Assembly (NCBI GenBank): GCA_965206595.1
Contig: OZ242214.1
Span: 5,952,001 to 6,016,000, forward strand
DNA: 64,000 bases
Direction of reading: 5' to 3'
Source of the DNA: Candidatus Latescibacterota bacterium
GTDB lineage: Bacteria; Latescibacterota; UBA2968; UBA8231
Part shown: piece after piece, positions 51,291 to 61,475 of the stretch
How positions within the stretch are numbered: position 1 is the first letter of the stretch
Layout: each line of letters begins with the position of its first letter
Made by a program: the position numbers and the translations under genes
The notes under the pieces: generated by a model
Database searches by the model: none
What the model saw: only the letters and a program-made list of their open reading frames with translations
Told to the model about the DNA's origin: nothing

Positions 51291-53325
51291 CTACTCCTCG
51301 ACGCTCCCAGGCCGAGGCGTGAAGCCCGGCGGCGTCCATTTGCGGATGCGGTCCTTGGCGTTCTCCGCCAGGGTGACCTCGCCGTCCGGATTCCGGAAGA
51401 TGACCTCGGCGTGCTCGGCCAGTTCACCCTTCTTGTAGCCCTTGAACCCATCGGCCCACTCGCTGTCGCCGGCTGAGGCCATCGCCTGGAGGATGGCCTT
51501 CTTGGGGATGCGGTTCCAGAACACGTCCGCCGACAGCCGGGCGTCGGCCAGCGGCGGCCCGAGGCGCTCGACGGCGGCTTCCAGCTCGACGGCCCTGCCG
51601 GTCTCGATGCTCAACTGATTGGTGACCATCGCCGCGACGCAGAAGGCGAGCATGTCCTGCTTGTCGTTCTCGGGGATCTCGCAAAACGCCAGCCAGCACT
51701 GCCGCACCGTGCGCTCCGGATCGGTGCCCAACCACGGCTCGTGGCGCTTTTTCAGCTCCTCGGCGATCTCGGCAAACCGCGCCTCGCCGGGGTTGTTCTC
51801 GGCGAAGGCGGCGTCCTGGTAGCGGTCGAGGGGGTGCGTGGCGGTGACGGTGGCGGAAAACTCCAGCGCCTTCCGCGAGTAGCCGAGGTGGTCCCCCCCC
51901 AGCGTCTGCCGGCCCAACTGGAAAATGAGCAGGTCCACCGCGACCAGAGGCCGGCAGGCCAGTTCCGCCTTGACCATCGAGGTCCGGATGTGCTTCAGGT
52001 CGTCGGCCAGCGCCTGCGACACCCCGGCGTCCTTGCGGGCCTCGGCCTCCGGGTTGGACGCTGAGGGGGCCTTCGTCCGGGGCTTCACGGTGCCGTTGCC
52101 GGCGTGGCCGTTGCTGCCCGTTTCGACCACCGTCTGGGCGGCCGCCGCGTCGTCGGGACGGATCAGGCCGGACTCGGCGCGCACCGCCTCGCCTTGGGAC
52201 AGGTAGCAGCACACCCCGGAGGCGGCCATCTGCTCCCGCGTGAAGGCGGTCCGCTGCTCGATGGCGCCGGTGATCTCGTTGTGCTGCCGCTCCAGTTCGT
52301 CGTAGGCGTCCTCGTCCCATTCCGAGCCGCCGTCGTCCTCGTTGTCGTCGTACGCCTCGTGCAAGGTGCCCATCTTCTCCTCAAGCTCTTCCAGCTTGGC
52401 GGCCTCCTCGGGCGTAGCTTCCGGCTCGGGGGCGTGGAAGCGGCCGTAGCCGGCCAGCGCGGTGTAGTCGTACTCGAGCAGCACGTCCACCCACTTCCAG
52501 CCCTCCTTTTTCAACGCGGCGGCGACCTCGTTCAGCTTGCTCGTCGCCAGTTCTTTCAGCAGCTGCGGGTTGTCGATGTAGACCCCGGCCTCGTCGTTTT
52601 CGGCGAACAGGTCCCGCGTGACGGTGCCGCCGGCGGCCTCGTACGCGTCTACGCCGACGAACTGCGCCGCCGCCGACCCGCCGTGCAGCTTCTCCTCGAC
52701 CAGCGCCGAGCGGATCGAGCGCGGGTTGAGGTGGTAGTGGCCCTCCACCGCCTTGAAGCAGGCCAGTTGCTGCTCGGTATCCGGCGACACCGTGAAGGCC
52801 ATCAGGACCTCCATGTTGAGCTTCTCGTCCCGGTAGGCTTGCAGCAAGGTCGGGGTGGACGGCGGCCAGCCGCAGCCGCTTCTCGACGGTTACCGGACTC
52901 ACGCCGAAGCGCGCGGCGATGTCCTCGACGCTGTGGCCGGCCTCGTGCAGCTCGGCGAAGGCTTCCACCTGGTCGGCCGGGTGCATGTCGGCGCGCACGA
53001 CGTTCTCGGCGAGGCTGATCTCGCCGACTTCTTCGTGCTCGTCCATAATCATGCACGGCACCGGGTAGGTGTCGCCGTCGATCTTGCCCTCCGCTGCCAA
53101 GCGCATCAGCGCCTGCAGGCGGCGACCGCCGGCCACGACCTCGTAGGCGTCGGCGGCTGAGGGGTGGCCGGACAAGAGCACCTGCAGGTTCTGGCGCACG
53201 CCGTGCGCGGCGATGGAGGCGGCCAGCTGGTCGTCGTCGGCAGCCGACGCTTGCGTCTTGCGGACGTTGTGTTCCGATGGATTGAGTTGCCTCAGCGGAA
53301 TCATCTCGATGTTGGGATACGGTCA
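51291..53325 (-). pseudogene. Plasmid/ICE-type ParB/Spo0J protein, frameshift near 52850
   Basis: NVRK, SIAAHGVRQNL, VVAGGRRL, SLAENVVRADMHP, YEAAGG...DLF. Confidence 0.85.
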
Positions 53326-53405
53326 TGGTTCGATTTCTTCCTCTCAAAGTCGGTAAGGGGATAAGCGGGAGGCCCCGAGCCGGCGACCTCCCGCCCCGCC
53401 GAGGT

Positions 53406-53807
53406 TCAGCCTGTGGGGTGGTCGCGCTCCAGATGCTGGAAGGCGCGCGCCTCGATCTCGACAATCGAGTGCGGGTGGTCGTCCTCGTCGCGCCACGAGT
53501 GCGACGCCAGCCGCCCGGTGAGGAACACCGGCGAGCCCTTGCGGAGCAGCTCGGCGCCGCGCTCGGCCTGGCCGTTGCGGACGATCACGTTGAAGTAGTG
53601 CGCCTCGTCCTGCCATTCGCCTTCCAGGTCGCGGTACGAGCGGTTGGTCACCAGCCGGAAGGACAGCCGAGGCGTCCCGGCGTCCGTGATGCGGTACTCG
53701 GGGTCCATGTGCAGCCTGCCGGCGATGCACACCTGATTGATGCGGGGCATGGGCAGGAGCGGACGCGGCTCCTGTTGGGTTGGGTCGGTCATGGGGGGGT
53801 TCTCCAT
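53406..53807 (-). CDS. ssb: Single-stranded DNA-binding protein
   Basis: INQVCIAGRL..DPE, LRKGSPVFLTGRL..SW. Confidence 0.85.
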   Translation of the reverse strand: MENPPMTDPTQQEPRPLLPMPRINQVCIAGRLHMDPEYRITDAGTPRLSFRLVTNRSYRDLEGEWQDEAHYFNVIVRNGQAERGAELLRKGSPVFLTGRLASHSWRDEDDHPHSIVEIEARAFQHLERDHPTG

Positions 53808-53871
53808 GGCGTTGGTTCTCCTCATGGGTGACGAAGGCAGGGGGGGACCGAAGGCCGGCCCCCCCTGTCCT

Positions 53872-54045
53872 TCATGCGCGGCTCGCCTCGCGCCGCTGGC
53901 CGGGGGTGGCGATCCCGTAGCGCCGGCAGAGGCGGGAGAAGCTGGACGGGGCGATGCCGAGCGCAGCGGCCGCGTCGCGGGTGCGGTGATACATCCGCGC
54001 CGCCCGCTCGATGCGCTCGGGGGGGTAGGCGGTGGGCTTGTTCAT
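53872..54045 (-). CDS. 57-aa HTH protein (not in the ORF track)
   Basis: MNKPTAYPPERIERAARMYHRTRDAAAALGIAPSSFSRLCRRYGI...; ATGA overlap with the radC stop. Confidence 0.65.
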   Translation of the reverse strand: MNKPTAYPPERIERAARMYHRTRDAAAALGIAPSSFSRLCRRYGIATPGQRREASRA

Positions 54046-54779
54046 ATGATCCCCGTCTCCTTCAACGACACGAAGTCGGACCGTGCGATGATGATGTGAT
54101 CGAGGACCTCGATGCCCATGATGAGGCCGGCTTCGCGCAGCCGGTGCGTCAGGTCGATGTCGTCCTTACTCGGCGACACGTCCCCGGACGGATGGTTGTG
54201 GGCGAGGATGATGGACGCCGCGCAGTGCTCGACGCCGACGCGGAAGACCTCGCGCGGGTGGACGATGGACGCCGACAGGCTCCCGATGCTGATGACTTCC
54301 TTGTGCGTCACCTGATTGCGAGCGTTCAGGTAGAGGCAGACGAAGAACTCCCGAGGCTCGTCCTTGATGTCGGCCAGCATCGGAATCGTTTCGGTGGGGG
54401 TGCTGATTACCGGCAGGATGCCGATGCCGCGATCCAGCGCACGGCGGGCGATCTCGACGGCGGCCAGCAGCCGCGCGGCGCGAGTGGACGTGACGCCGCG
54501 CAGGTTGGCCATCTTGTCGACGGGCAGGTTGACCAGCTCGCCGAAGTCGAAGCGCTCGACGATGGCTTTGGCCTCGTCCTCGGTGCTGCCCAAGGCCACG
54601 GCGAGCAGCTCGGAATCGCGCAGCGCCTCGGGGCCGGACAGCAGCAGCCTGTCCCGGCACGTAGGAGCCGTCAGAGAGCCGGCATACATCGGGCCGGTCT
54701 CTGACACCTTGCCGGCCCCGTGCGCCGGACGGGCGCAGGTGACGCGGTCTGCGGGGGGGTGCATCTTCATGGTATCCAT
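54042..54779 (-). CDS. radC: RadC/JAB-domain protein
   Basis: VHPREVF, AHNHPSGDVSPSKDD, VLDHII. Confidence 0.92.
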   Translation of the reverse strand: MDTMKMHPPADRVTCARPAHGAGKVSETGPMYAGSLTAPTCRDRLLLSGPEALRDSELLAVALGSTEDEAKAIVERFDFGELVNLPVDKMANLRGVTSTRAARLLAAVEIARRALDRGIGILPVISTPTETIPMLADIKDEPREFFVCLYLNARNQVTHKEVISIGSLSASIVHPREVFRVGVEHCAASIILAHNHPSGDVSPSKDDIDLTHRLREAGLIMGIEVLDHIIIARSDFVSLKETGII

Positions 54780-54850
54780 TCTCCTGCTAAGGGTGGATGT
54801 GGTTGTTGTCGGGAGGGGGGGACGTTCCCGCGTCCTCCCCTCCCTTTTTG

Positions 54851-55630
54851 CTACTCGATCAGCCGGCAGGCGATGCGGCCCAAGACTTCGCGGACCGCCG
54901 TCGTCGGCTCGGCGTTGAGGATCTCCTGCAACTCGGCGGCGACTGCGGCCCGGACCTCCACGTCAACCTCGCCGCGCACTTCGTCGCGGATGCGCTGCCG
55001 GTGCCGGGTGGCCTCGGCGATCCGCTCCCGTTCCTCGACGATGCCCCGCGCCCGCTGCACCTGTGCTTTCCAGTGCTCGGCGTTGAGGGTGTGCAGCCCG
55101 TTCTCGTACTGCGCCCGCGCCGGATGGCGGAAGCGCCGGAAGTCGAACGGTACCCAGTGGGCGAAGTCGGCCGCCGCCGCCTTCAGGATGTGGGCGGCGG
55201 CCATGCCGTGCTCGGGGTGCAACTGAACCTCCAGCCGCTTGTCGAGGGGACGGGCGTCCAGTTCCAGCGCCACCCGCTCCAGCACGTCGAAGTCGCCGGC
55301 CCGGTCATAGGCGTCGATGGCGTTCTGAATCCAGTGCTTGCACTGCACGTCATCGGCCATCTTCACGGCGGTATCAAACTCGATGTCGTCCAGATCGCCG
55401 CCGGTGCGGATCTCGGCAGCCCGCCGCAGCTTGACCTCCCCCCCGTCGAAGCGGAACAGGTAGGCCGGCAGGGTCCACGGTTTCGCCTCGGCCGCCAGCG
55501 CGATGCAGGCCATCCGATCCCCGGCCAGCACGGCGGTGCGGTGCAGCTTGAGGAGCGTGTTATAGGACCGCTGCACGGCGTCCCCCTGCCTGTCGTCAGC
55601 CCCGGCCCCATTGCCGCTGGTGTGCTTCAT
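54851..55630 (-). CDS. Hypothetical protein
   Basis: Long ORF within the minus-strand operon. Confidence 0.55.
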   Translation of the reverse strand: MKHTSGNGAGADDRQGDAVQRSYNTLLKLHRTAVLAGDRMACIALAAEAKPWTLPAYLFRFDGGEVKLRRAAEIRTGGDLDDIEFDTAVKMADDVQCKHWIQNAIDAYDRAGDFDVLERVALELDARPLDKRLEVQLHPEHGMAAAHILKAAAADFAHWVPFDFRRFRHPARAQYENGLHTLNAEHWKAQVQRARGIVEERERIAEATRHRQRIRDEVRGEVDVEVRAAVAAELQEILNAEPTTAVREVLGRIACRLIE

Positions 55631-55756
55631 CGGTTTCCTCCTTCTCGGTTTCTTGTGCGCCGCCCGCTCATCAGGCAGCGCCCTCGTCAGCCCGTCGATT
55701 CGGGGACCGATGGCCGCCGGTGCCCGAGAGGAGACAGGCACCGGCAGCTAAGCGCA

Positions 55757-56305
55757 TCAGTGGCCTACGCGGCGATCAAATGCGTCCGTCTCGGCTGCGA
55801 CGCGCGCCTCCTCCCGCTCGTGTTTGGTCAGGTCCATCTTGCCGCCGAACGGACCGATGGCCATCACGCCGGCCAGGTCCTCCAACAGCGGCACCGCGGC
55901 GCGGTATCGCTCGATCTTCATGGCCATGGCCAGCGCTAAGAGCGTGCCGCGCTCGTCGGTCAGGTCCAGCAGGGCGAGCACGATGGGCGCCTCGCAATCT
56001 TCCTCAGCCCATCCCGGCCCGTGATAGAAGCCCATCAGCAGGTGCGCCGGCAGACGGTCCTGAACCTCGACGGAGAGCCGCAGGCCGCCGTGGGAAGACG
56101 TAGCGACGAGGTCGACGCCATCGGCGAGGGGGTCCGTGTGCTCGATCAAGCCCCACGGCGAAGACTTCGAGCAGCGGACAGGGTTGGAGAACTCGCTGTG
56201 CGAGGATCTTGTCGCCTTCGGCCAGGCCGGCGAGGCAGGACACACCCGCATGTCGGCGCGCTCAATGAGCTTCAGGCCGCAAGTGCAGTGTCCGGGTGTA
56301 CGCAT
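55757..56305 (-). CDS. DUF7007-like leading-region protein
   Basis: SPWG...ADGV..V.TSSHGGLRLS...WAEEDCE. Confidence 0.6.
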   Translation of the reverse strand: MRTPGHCTCGLKLIERADMRVCPASPAWPKATRSSHSEFSNPVRCSKSSPWGLIEHTDPLADGVDLVATSSHGGLRLSVEVQDRLPAHLLMGFYHGPGWAEEDCEAPIVLALLDLTDERGTLLALAMAMKIERYRAAVPLLEDLAGVMAIGPFGGKMDLTKHEREEARVAAETDAFDRRVGH

Positions 56306-56709
56306 GGTTTCAATCCTTTTCCGGTTGTGAGACTCACGATGCCGCAGCGCCGGCACCGCAGGGTGTAGACGTTGGCCGGCACGCTGACCGAAGCCCAATC
56401 GCTAACCGTCCCGGCACAGGCACGACCACACCCAGCCGGGGCAGGAAGCCCGCTTGCGCTCGATCGCATCGCGCGAGCGCCGCAGGGTTACGAGGGGTTT
56501 GTTGTCCATTCGGGATCAGACCATGAAGTCGAGTTCGCCGGGAGCGACCGCAGCCATCAGCCGCAGCCGCTCCAAGCGAACGCGAAACACGAAGCGCCGG
56601 ATGAAGGCATCGTGGCCGTCCGCCGTGTAGCCCGACAGCGGATAGAGCCGGACTACACGACGGACCGTGATCCCGTAGACCATCCATTCGAGATCGCGGG
56701 ACCCAGGCA

Positions 56710-57165
56710 TCAGGCCACCGCCGCCTCGACGAAGGGTTGAGCATCGACGAAGGCGCGGCTCATGCCTTGCGCCTTGGCCATGCGGAACAGGAAACCCGGA
56801 TCCAACATCTCGCAGCACTTCGATACGTCGATTTCACGCCGGAAGGTGTCCGCATCGAGACCGGACAGGGTGTCGTGCATTTCCCTTAAACACGCCTCGA
56901 CGCCGACCGCATTTACGGTAGGGTCCATCGAGCACACGATGGCCGCCCCGAGGTGCTCGACGAACACGGGAGGGGTCAGCCCCTTCAGGTAGTCGACGAG
57001 GTTCCAATCGTCTTGTCGCGATGCAGCCTGCGAGAGCGTCAGTAGGTCCGAAACCGGCAGGTCCCGAAGGGCCACCGCCTCGCCGTCGTCGAGCACGGCC
57101 ACGTCCTGCTGCAAGTCGACGGCGCGGAGGTTGTCATAGGTCAAACCGTTCGTGATCTGAATCAT
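56710..57165 (-). CDS. Hypothetical protein
   Basis: GGAGG RBS; coupled to upstream and downstream ORFs. Confidence 0.55.
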   Translation of the reverse strand: MIQITNGLTYDNLRAVDLQQDVAVLDDGEAVALRDLPVSDLLTLSQAASRQDDWNLVDYLKGLTPPVFVEHLGAAIVCSMDPTVNAVGVEACLREMHDTLSGLDADTFRREIDVSKCCEMLDPGFLFRMAKAQGMSRAFVDAQPFVEAAVA

Positions 57166-57317
57166 GGCGCCGCCCTCCATGCCTGAAAGGCCGCATCGAG
57201 CGCACCCCCGGTAAGCCGGTTGAAGGCGAGCAGGCCGAACATCACGGCCATGAAGGCCGCGAACACCTTGTCCTCCCTGCCCAACCGGAAGCGCCGCCGA
57301 GTGCATCGGTTGGCCAT
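57162..57317 (-). CDS. 51-aa single-TM protein, first gene of the operon (not in the ORF track)
   Basis: AGGAGG RBS; MANRCTRRRFRLGREDKVFAAFMAVMFGLLAF...; ATGA overlap. Confidence 0.55.
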   Translation of the reverse strand: MANRCTRRRFRLGREDKVFAAFMAVMFGLLAFNRLTGGALDAAFQAWRAAP

Positions 57318-57363
57318 GTCTCTTGTCCTCCTGTTGGGGTGAGTGAAAGCATCTTGCCCCGGG

Positions 57364-57402
57364 ATAATACGTAATTACCCCACGTAGGGCAACTTTTTTT
57401 TC
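57364..57402 (-). promoter_or_regulatory. Strong sigma70 promoter of the leading-region operon
   Basis: A-tract + TTGCCC-17bp-TATTAT on the minus strand. Confidence 0.7.
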
Positions 57403-57980
57403 GTAAGGGTGCAGGACGTTTCGCGAAACCGGCCACATAAAGGCTCAGGCGGTTTCGCTGAATAGCGGGGCGGTGCTGGACAATGCAAGCGCCGCCAGGA
57501 CGTTTCATTAAGTTGCGAATTTAGCCCGGACAGCGCCGCGTCCGCCCGCCTCGGGACCGCTTGCCCCTGCTGGACCCCGTTCCGGGAGAAAGGAGGAACG
57601 CTCGAAGGAGAGCTCGATCACAAGGCCGTGGGCCTATCCTTGCGCTGCTTTATAGCGCCAGGATAGAGAGAAGGGGGACGCTCTTCCTCAAAGATCGTCC
57701 TTGGTACCTGGGCGGTTTTCAGTGCAACAACCAACACCCGGGGGGGGGGGGTGAACAATTGAGACACCCCCGTCAGGGGGGTATCCTCGCGCTGTCTTTT
57801 GGACCCGTCGCAGAAACGAATCCAACTTATGACAATACTATCCATTTCAACTATCCCTATACTTTAGAAGGAGTTATCCGAGTTTTCAGGAATGGACTCC
57901 TTTTCTCGTTTGGTCACATAATTCCATTCGAACGTCGATTGGGATCTGAATGAGGAAAATCCACGAAAAAGGGGTGAACA

Positions 57981-58289
57981 ATGGCTCGAGGACGCCTCTG
58001 GACGCCGGAAGAGGACGCACAAATCCGCCGGATTGCCAGTTCGGATCCTGGCTACCTGGACCGTGTTGGGCAGCTCGCCGACGAGTTCGGCCGAACCCTC
58101 GAGGCCGTGCGCCGACGTGCTCAGCGCATCGGCGTGCACCGGCAGCAGTCAAACCCCATCGAAGAGAAGACGGCGTCTGTGCCCAGGGCGCCCGCACCTC
58201 CGCCTCCGCAGCCTGTTGAGGAGCCGATCAGCGACCCTGTCCCGGATGGGGAGATCGTCTACTGGAATGAGTTCGATACCATGGTCTGA
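57981..58289 (+). CDS. Myb/SANT-like HTH protein
   Basis: RLWTPEED...LADEFGRTLEAVRRRAQRIG. Confidence 0.65.
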   Translation: MARGRLWTPEEDAQIRRIASSDPGYLDRVGQLADEFGRTLEAVRRRAQRIGVHRQQSNPIEEKTASVPRAPAPPPPQPVEEPISDPVPDGEIVYWNEFDTMV

Positions 58290-58291
58290 GA

Positions 58292-58882
58292 ATGGCACGC
58301 GGTCGCATTTGGACACCCGAAGAGGATGATCGTCTTCGCGCCCTTGCGAACGAGAACGCCCAGGGGATTTCGATCCGGGGGCACCGCCGCCGGTATCATG
58401 GCCGTTTCAGGCAGATCGCCGAAGAGTTGGGGCGGTCCTACGCGGCCGTGTTGAAGCGCGCCAGTCGTATCGGCGCCGACAGTTACCGTCTACGCCGGTC
58501 TCCCGAATTGCGGGAGTTATTGAAGGGGATAAGAGCGATGCCGCCGAAGGAGAGTGCGGAACGGCGAGGCGGAGGACGCGGCCGGCCCTGGACCGAAGCC
58601 GAGGACGAGGAAATACGCCGGGCGGCGCGTTTCAACGCAACGCAAGGCCCCTTCCTCTTGTGCCTGGACGACGACGGGAAGTATGTGTGGATCAGCCGCT
58701 TGAAGGACCTCGCCGATCAGATGAGGCGGACCCCTGCGGCGGTGCGCAAGCGAGCCAGCCGCATCGGTGCGAGAAGTCTTCCCCGACGCTACGATTCGAC
58801 CGATCCTACCAGCGTCTGGCGCCGATCCTCCCAGTCGTCGAAGCGCACCTTCAGCGAACGCGGCAAGCAGCGCCCAGCCTGA
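58292..58882 (+). CDS. Protein with two Myb/SANT-like HTH repeats
   Basis: WTPEED...GRSYAAV.KRASRIG; WTEAED...RTPAAVRKRASRIG. Confidence 0.65.
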   Translation: MARGRIWTPEEDDRLRALANENAQGISIRGHRRRYHGRFRQIAEELGRSYAAVLKRASRIGADSYRLRRSPELRELLKGIRAMPPKESAERRGGGRGRPWTEAEDEEIRRAARFNATQGPFLLCLDDDGKYVWISRLKDLADQMRRTPAAVRKRASRIGARSLPRRYDSTDPTSVWRRSSQSSKRTFSERGKQRPA

Positions 58883-59077
58883 ATCCCCTCCCCTAGCAAC
58901 CTGCCAAGCCCCTGTCTGAAAGGGTGCTCGGACGTGCACTCTTTTGGTGGGGGTTTTAACTTCGCATATCATTGTTTATACGAAAAGGAGTCTTTCATGT
59001 CTCCGCCCCCAAGATTGCCCCTTCTGTCCTCAACTGTCAAAGGAAAAATGACCGCACGCGAGGAGTTCGTCCCACAC

Positions 59078-61234
59078 ATGAAATGCCTCATTATCGCCGC
59101 CGGCAGGGGGAGCCGGTTATCCCGCAGAGGGCCCTCAAAGCCGCTCGTGCCCCTGCTGGGCATGCCGCTCGTCGAACGGACAATTCGTACGGCAGTCAGA
59201 AGTGGACTGACCGATCTCTACGTGGTAACGGGTTACCAAGGAGAGATGGTTCGGTCCTTTCTGGACGAGCTGAGCCAGAAGATGAACGTGCGGATCACGC
59301 CGGTCATCAACGAAGACTGGCAAGAGGGAAACGGTCTGTCGGTTTTAAAGGCTGCCCATCTGCTGGAAGGCGATTTCGTCTTGCTCATGGCAGACCACGT
59401 CTTCGATGAGGAGATCCTCAAAAGACTCCTCTGCGAGCCGCTGGGAAATGCCGACGTACGCTTGGCAGTAGATTACGACCTGGCCACGAATGGCCGAGCG
59501 GATCCGGATGATGTGACGAACGTACTCGCCAACGGTGGAAGAATCCTCAAAATCGGCAAACAAATTTCTCGGTACAACGCGTACGACACAGGCATTTTCC
59601 TGTGCTCCCCCGCTCTTTTCAAGGCGATCAAGACCTGTATTCGTGCCTACGACGACACCTCTCTGTCGGGGGCTGTCCAGCTCCTGGCTGATCGCGGTAA
59701 GGTAGCGGCATTCGACATACAGGGGCGGTTCTGGATGGACGTCGACGACGAGGCCGCGCTCTTCAAGGCCGAGCACGAGCTGTTGTCGAACCTGTCGACC
59801 AAAGCAGCTGACGGTTGGGTTTCCCGTTACATAAACCGGCCCCTTTCGAGCCGATTGCTCACACCTCTGCTTCTAAAGCTCTGCCCGGCTATTACGCCTA
59901 ATCAAGTTTCGGTGGTGAGCTTTGTCGTCGCCGCCTTGAGCAGTGCGTGCTTCTTCGCTGGCGAGGCGATCGCTGGCGCCGTGGTGATGCAGCTTTCCAG
60001 TATTCTGGACGGGTGTGATGGGGAAGTTGCGCGGCTCAAGCATCTGCAATCCAAAATGGGGGACTACTTTGACGCTGTCCTCGATCGGTACGCAGATAGT
60101 CTGATGTTTGCCGGGCTCACCTTCTATGCCCTGTCGGAGCTCGGAGGCCGGGAGGTCATCGGGCTCGTGTGGAATCCAGTGGCGATCTTCGCCATCGCAG
60201 TGATGGCGATTGTCGGCCATTTGATGGTGAGCTATACATCGGCTAAGTCTGTCGTCAACTTGAATCACAAGTACACGGGAAAATGGATCGCAGCAGGGCG
60301 AGGACGTGATGTGCGTCTCTTCTTGCTCTTCTGCTGTGGGCTGGCGACGTGGTTCCACCCCGGCTTTGCGATGCTGGGAGTGGCGCTCACAGCGGTGCAC
60401 ACGAACCTCATCGTTATCTGGCGGATGCTGTTTTCGTGGAGACAGACGAAGGGTCACGGCGTGTCCCAACGCCAGGATTCAGCTTATCAACCCGTGACCC
60501 CAGCTACAGGCATGGGAGTCAAGGCAGTCGTGTTCGACTTTGACGGGACTCTGGCCGACACGATGCCCTTCCTGACCGAGTTGGCTACCGAATTGATCAC
60601 GCGGAATTACTCCATCACAGCGGCCAGAGTCCGAAGTCAGTATTTGGAGACCTCGGGGCTTCCGTTTGCGGACCAAGTGGAGGAGATGTTCCCAAAGCAC
60701 AAAAGGAACGCAGAGGTGGCGGAGCAGTTCGAGGCGCGCAAGAGTAATGGGATTTTTGCTCTGCCTCTGTTCCGCGATGCCATCCCAACCCTGTCATACT
60801 TGAAACAAAAAGGGCTCAACACATTTGTGTGCAGCAGCACTCGGGTCGAACTGGTCGAGGAGTACGCGGCACGGACGGGACTCCAGGACCAGATAGATGG
60901 AGTGTTTGGCTATAAAGCCGGGTTTGACAAAGGGAGACAGATCACCGCCATCCTACAAGACCACGGGCTGAAACCCGAAGAGGTGGTGTTCGTGGGAGAC
61001 TCTAAGAAAGATGGCGAGTTCGCCAGAGCGAAAAAACTGAAGTTCATCAGGGTGTGCAGGGATTTCACCGTGCCGTTGTCGAAGAAGGAAGAGACTGCGA
61101 GCGTGGAATCGCTCGCGGCGCTGATAAACCTGTTCGAGATGATGTCCCAGCTGGCCAGCCGTCTCAAGGAGATGACTCCAACGGCCCTTCGGCCGACGAC
61201 ACAGCCGGTCAGCATTGGGAGTTCCGATTCCTGA
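59078..61234 (+). CDS. IPCT/DIPPS-like nucleotidyltransferase + CDP-alcohol phosphotransferase fused to a HAD phosphatase
   Basis: IIAAGRGSRL..KPL, DGWVSRYINRPLS, TPNQVS, DGCDGEVAR...GDYFDAVLD, FDFDGTL, VGDS..D. Confidence 0.88.
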   Translation: MKCLIIAAGRGSRLSRRGPSKPLVPLLGMPLVERTIRTAVRSGLTDLYVVTGYQGEMVRSFLDELSQKMNVRITPVINEDWQEGNGLSVLKAAHLLEGDFVLLMADHVFDEEILKRLLCEPLGNADVRLAVDYDLATNGRADPDDVTNVLANGGRILKIGKQISRYNAYDTGIFLCSPALFKAIKTCIRAYDDTSLSGAVQLLADRGKVAAFDIQGRFWMDVDDEAALFKAEHELLSNLSTKAADGWVSRYINRPLSSRLLTPLLLKLCPAITPNQVSVVSFVVAALSSACFFAGEAIAGAVVMQLSSILDGCDGEVARLKHLQSKMGDYFDAVLDRYADSLMFAGLTFYALSELGGREVIGLVWNPVAIFAIAVMAIVGHLMVSYTSAKSVVNLNHKYTGKWIAAGRGRDVRLFLLFCCGLATWFHPGFAMLGVALTAVHTNLIVIWRMLFSWRQTKGHGVSQRQDSAYQPVTPATGMGVKAVVFDFDGTLADTMPFLTELATELITRNYSITAARVRSQYLETSGLPFADQVEEMFPKHKRNAEVAEQFEARKSNGIFALPLFRDAIPTLSYLKQKGLNTFVCSSTRVELVEEYAARTGLQDQIDGVFGYKAGFDKGRQITAILQDHGLKPEEVVFVGDSKKDGEFARAKKLKFIRVCRDFTVPLSKKEETASVESLAALINLFEMMSQLASRLKEMTPTALRPTTQPVSIGSSDS

Positions 61235-61475
61235 GCCACCGCAACGCGATCCGACTTTTCGCGTCGATGATCTCGCCATTATCGAGAGCCTTCCAGACAT
61301 CCTGAACGAACATTTCGCCAGGGTTGCCGTAGCGACGTCGCGCGGCCGATTGCGACTTCGCTGAGCTGACACCCACACACCTTGATCTTCTGGTAAGCCC
61401 GTACCGGCTTTCTCATCCAGCCGCTGACAGCCTTCTCGTTCACCTCCTTCTTTTTGTTTAAGCGTTTCACGGATC

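Larger units (their letters stand above)
42782..58900. mobile_element. Integrative element / ICE-plasmid remnant (right boundary uncertain)
   Basis: Integrase, AlpA, recombinase, ParB, ssb, radC; left end truncates the host gene. Confidence 0.7.

Noticed and set aside
57738-57752. Poly-G tract as a phase-variation switch
   Set aside because: Not within a supportable gene or promoter
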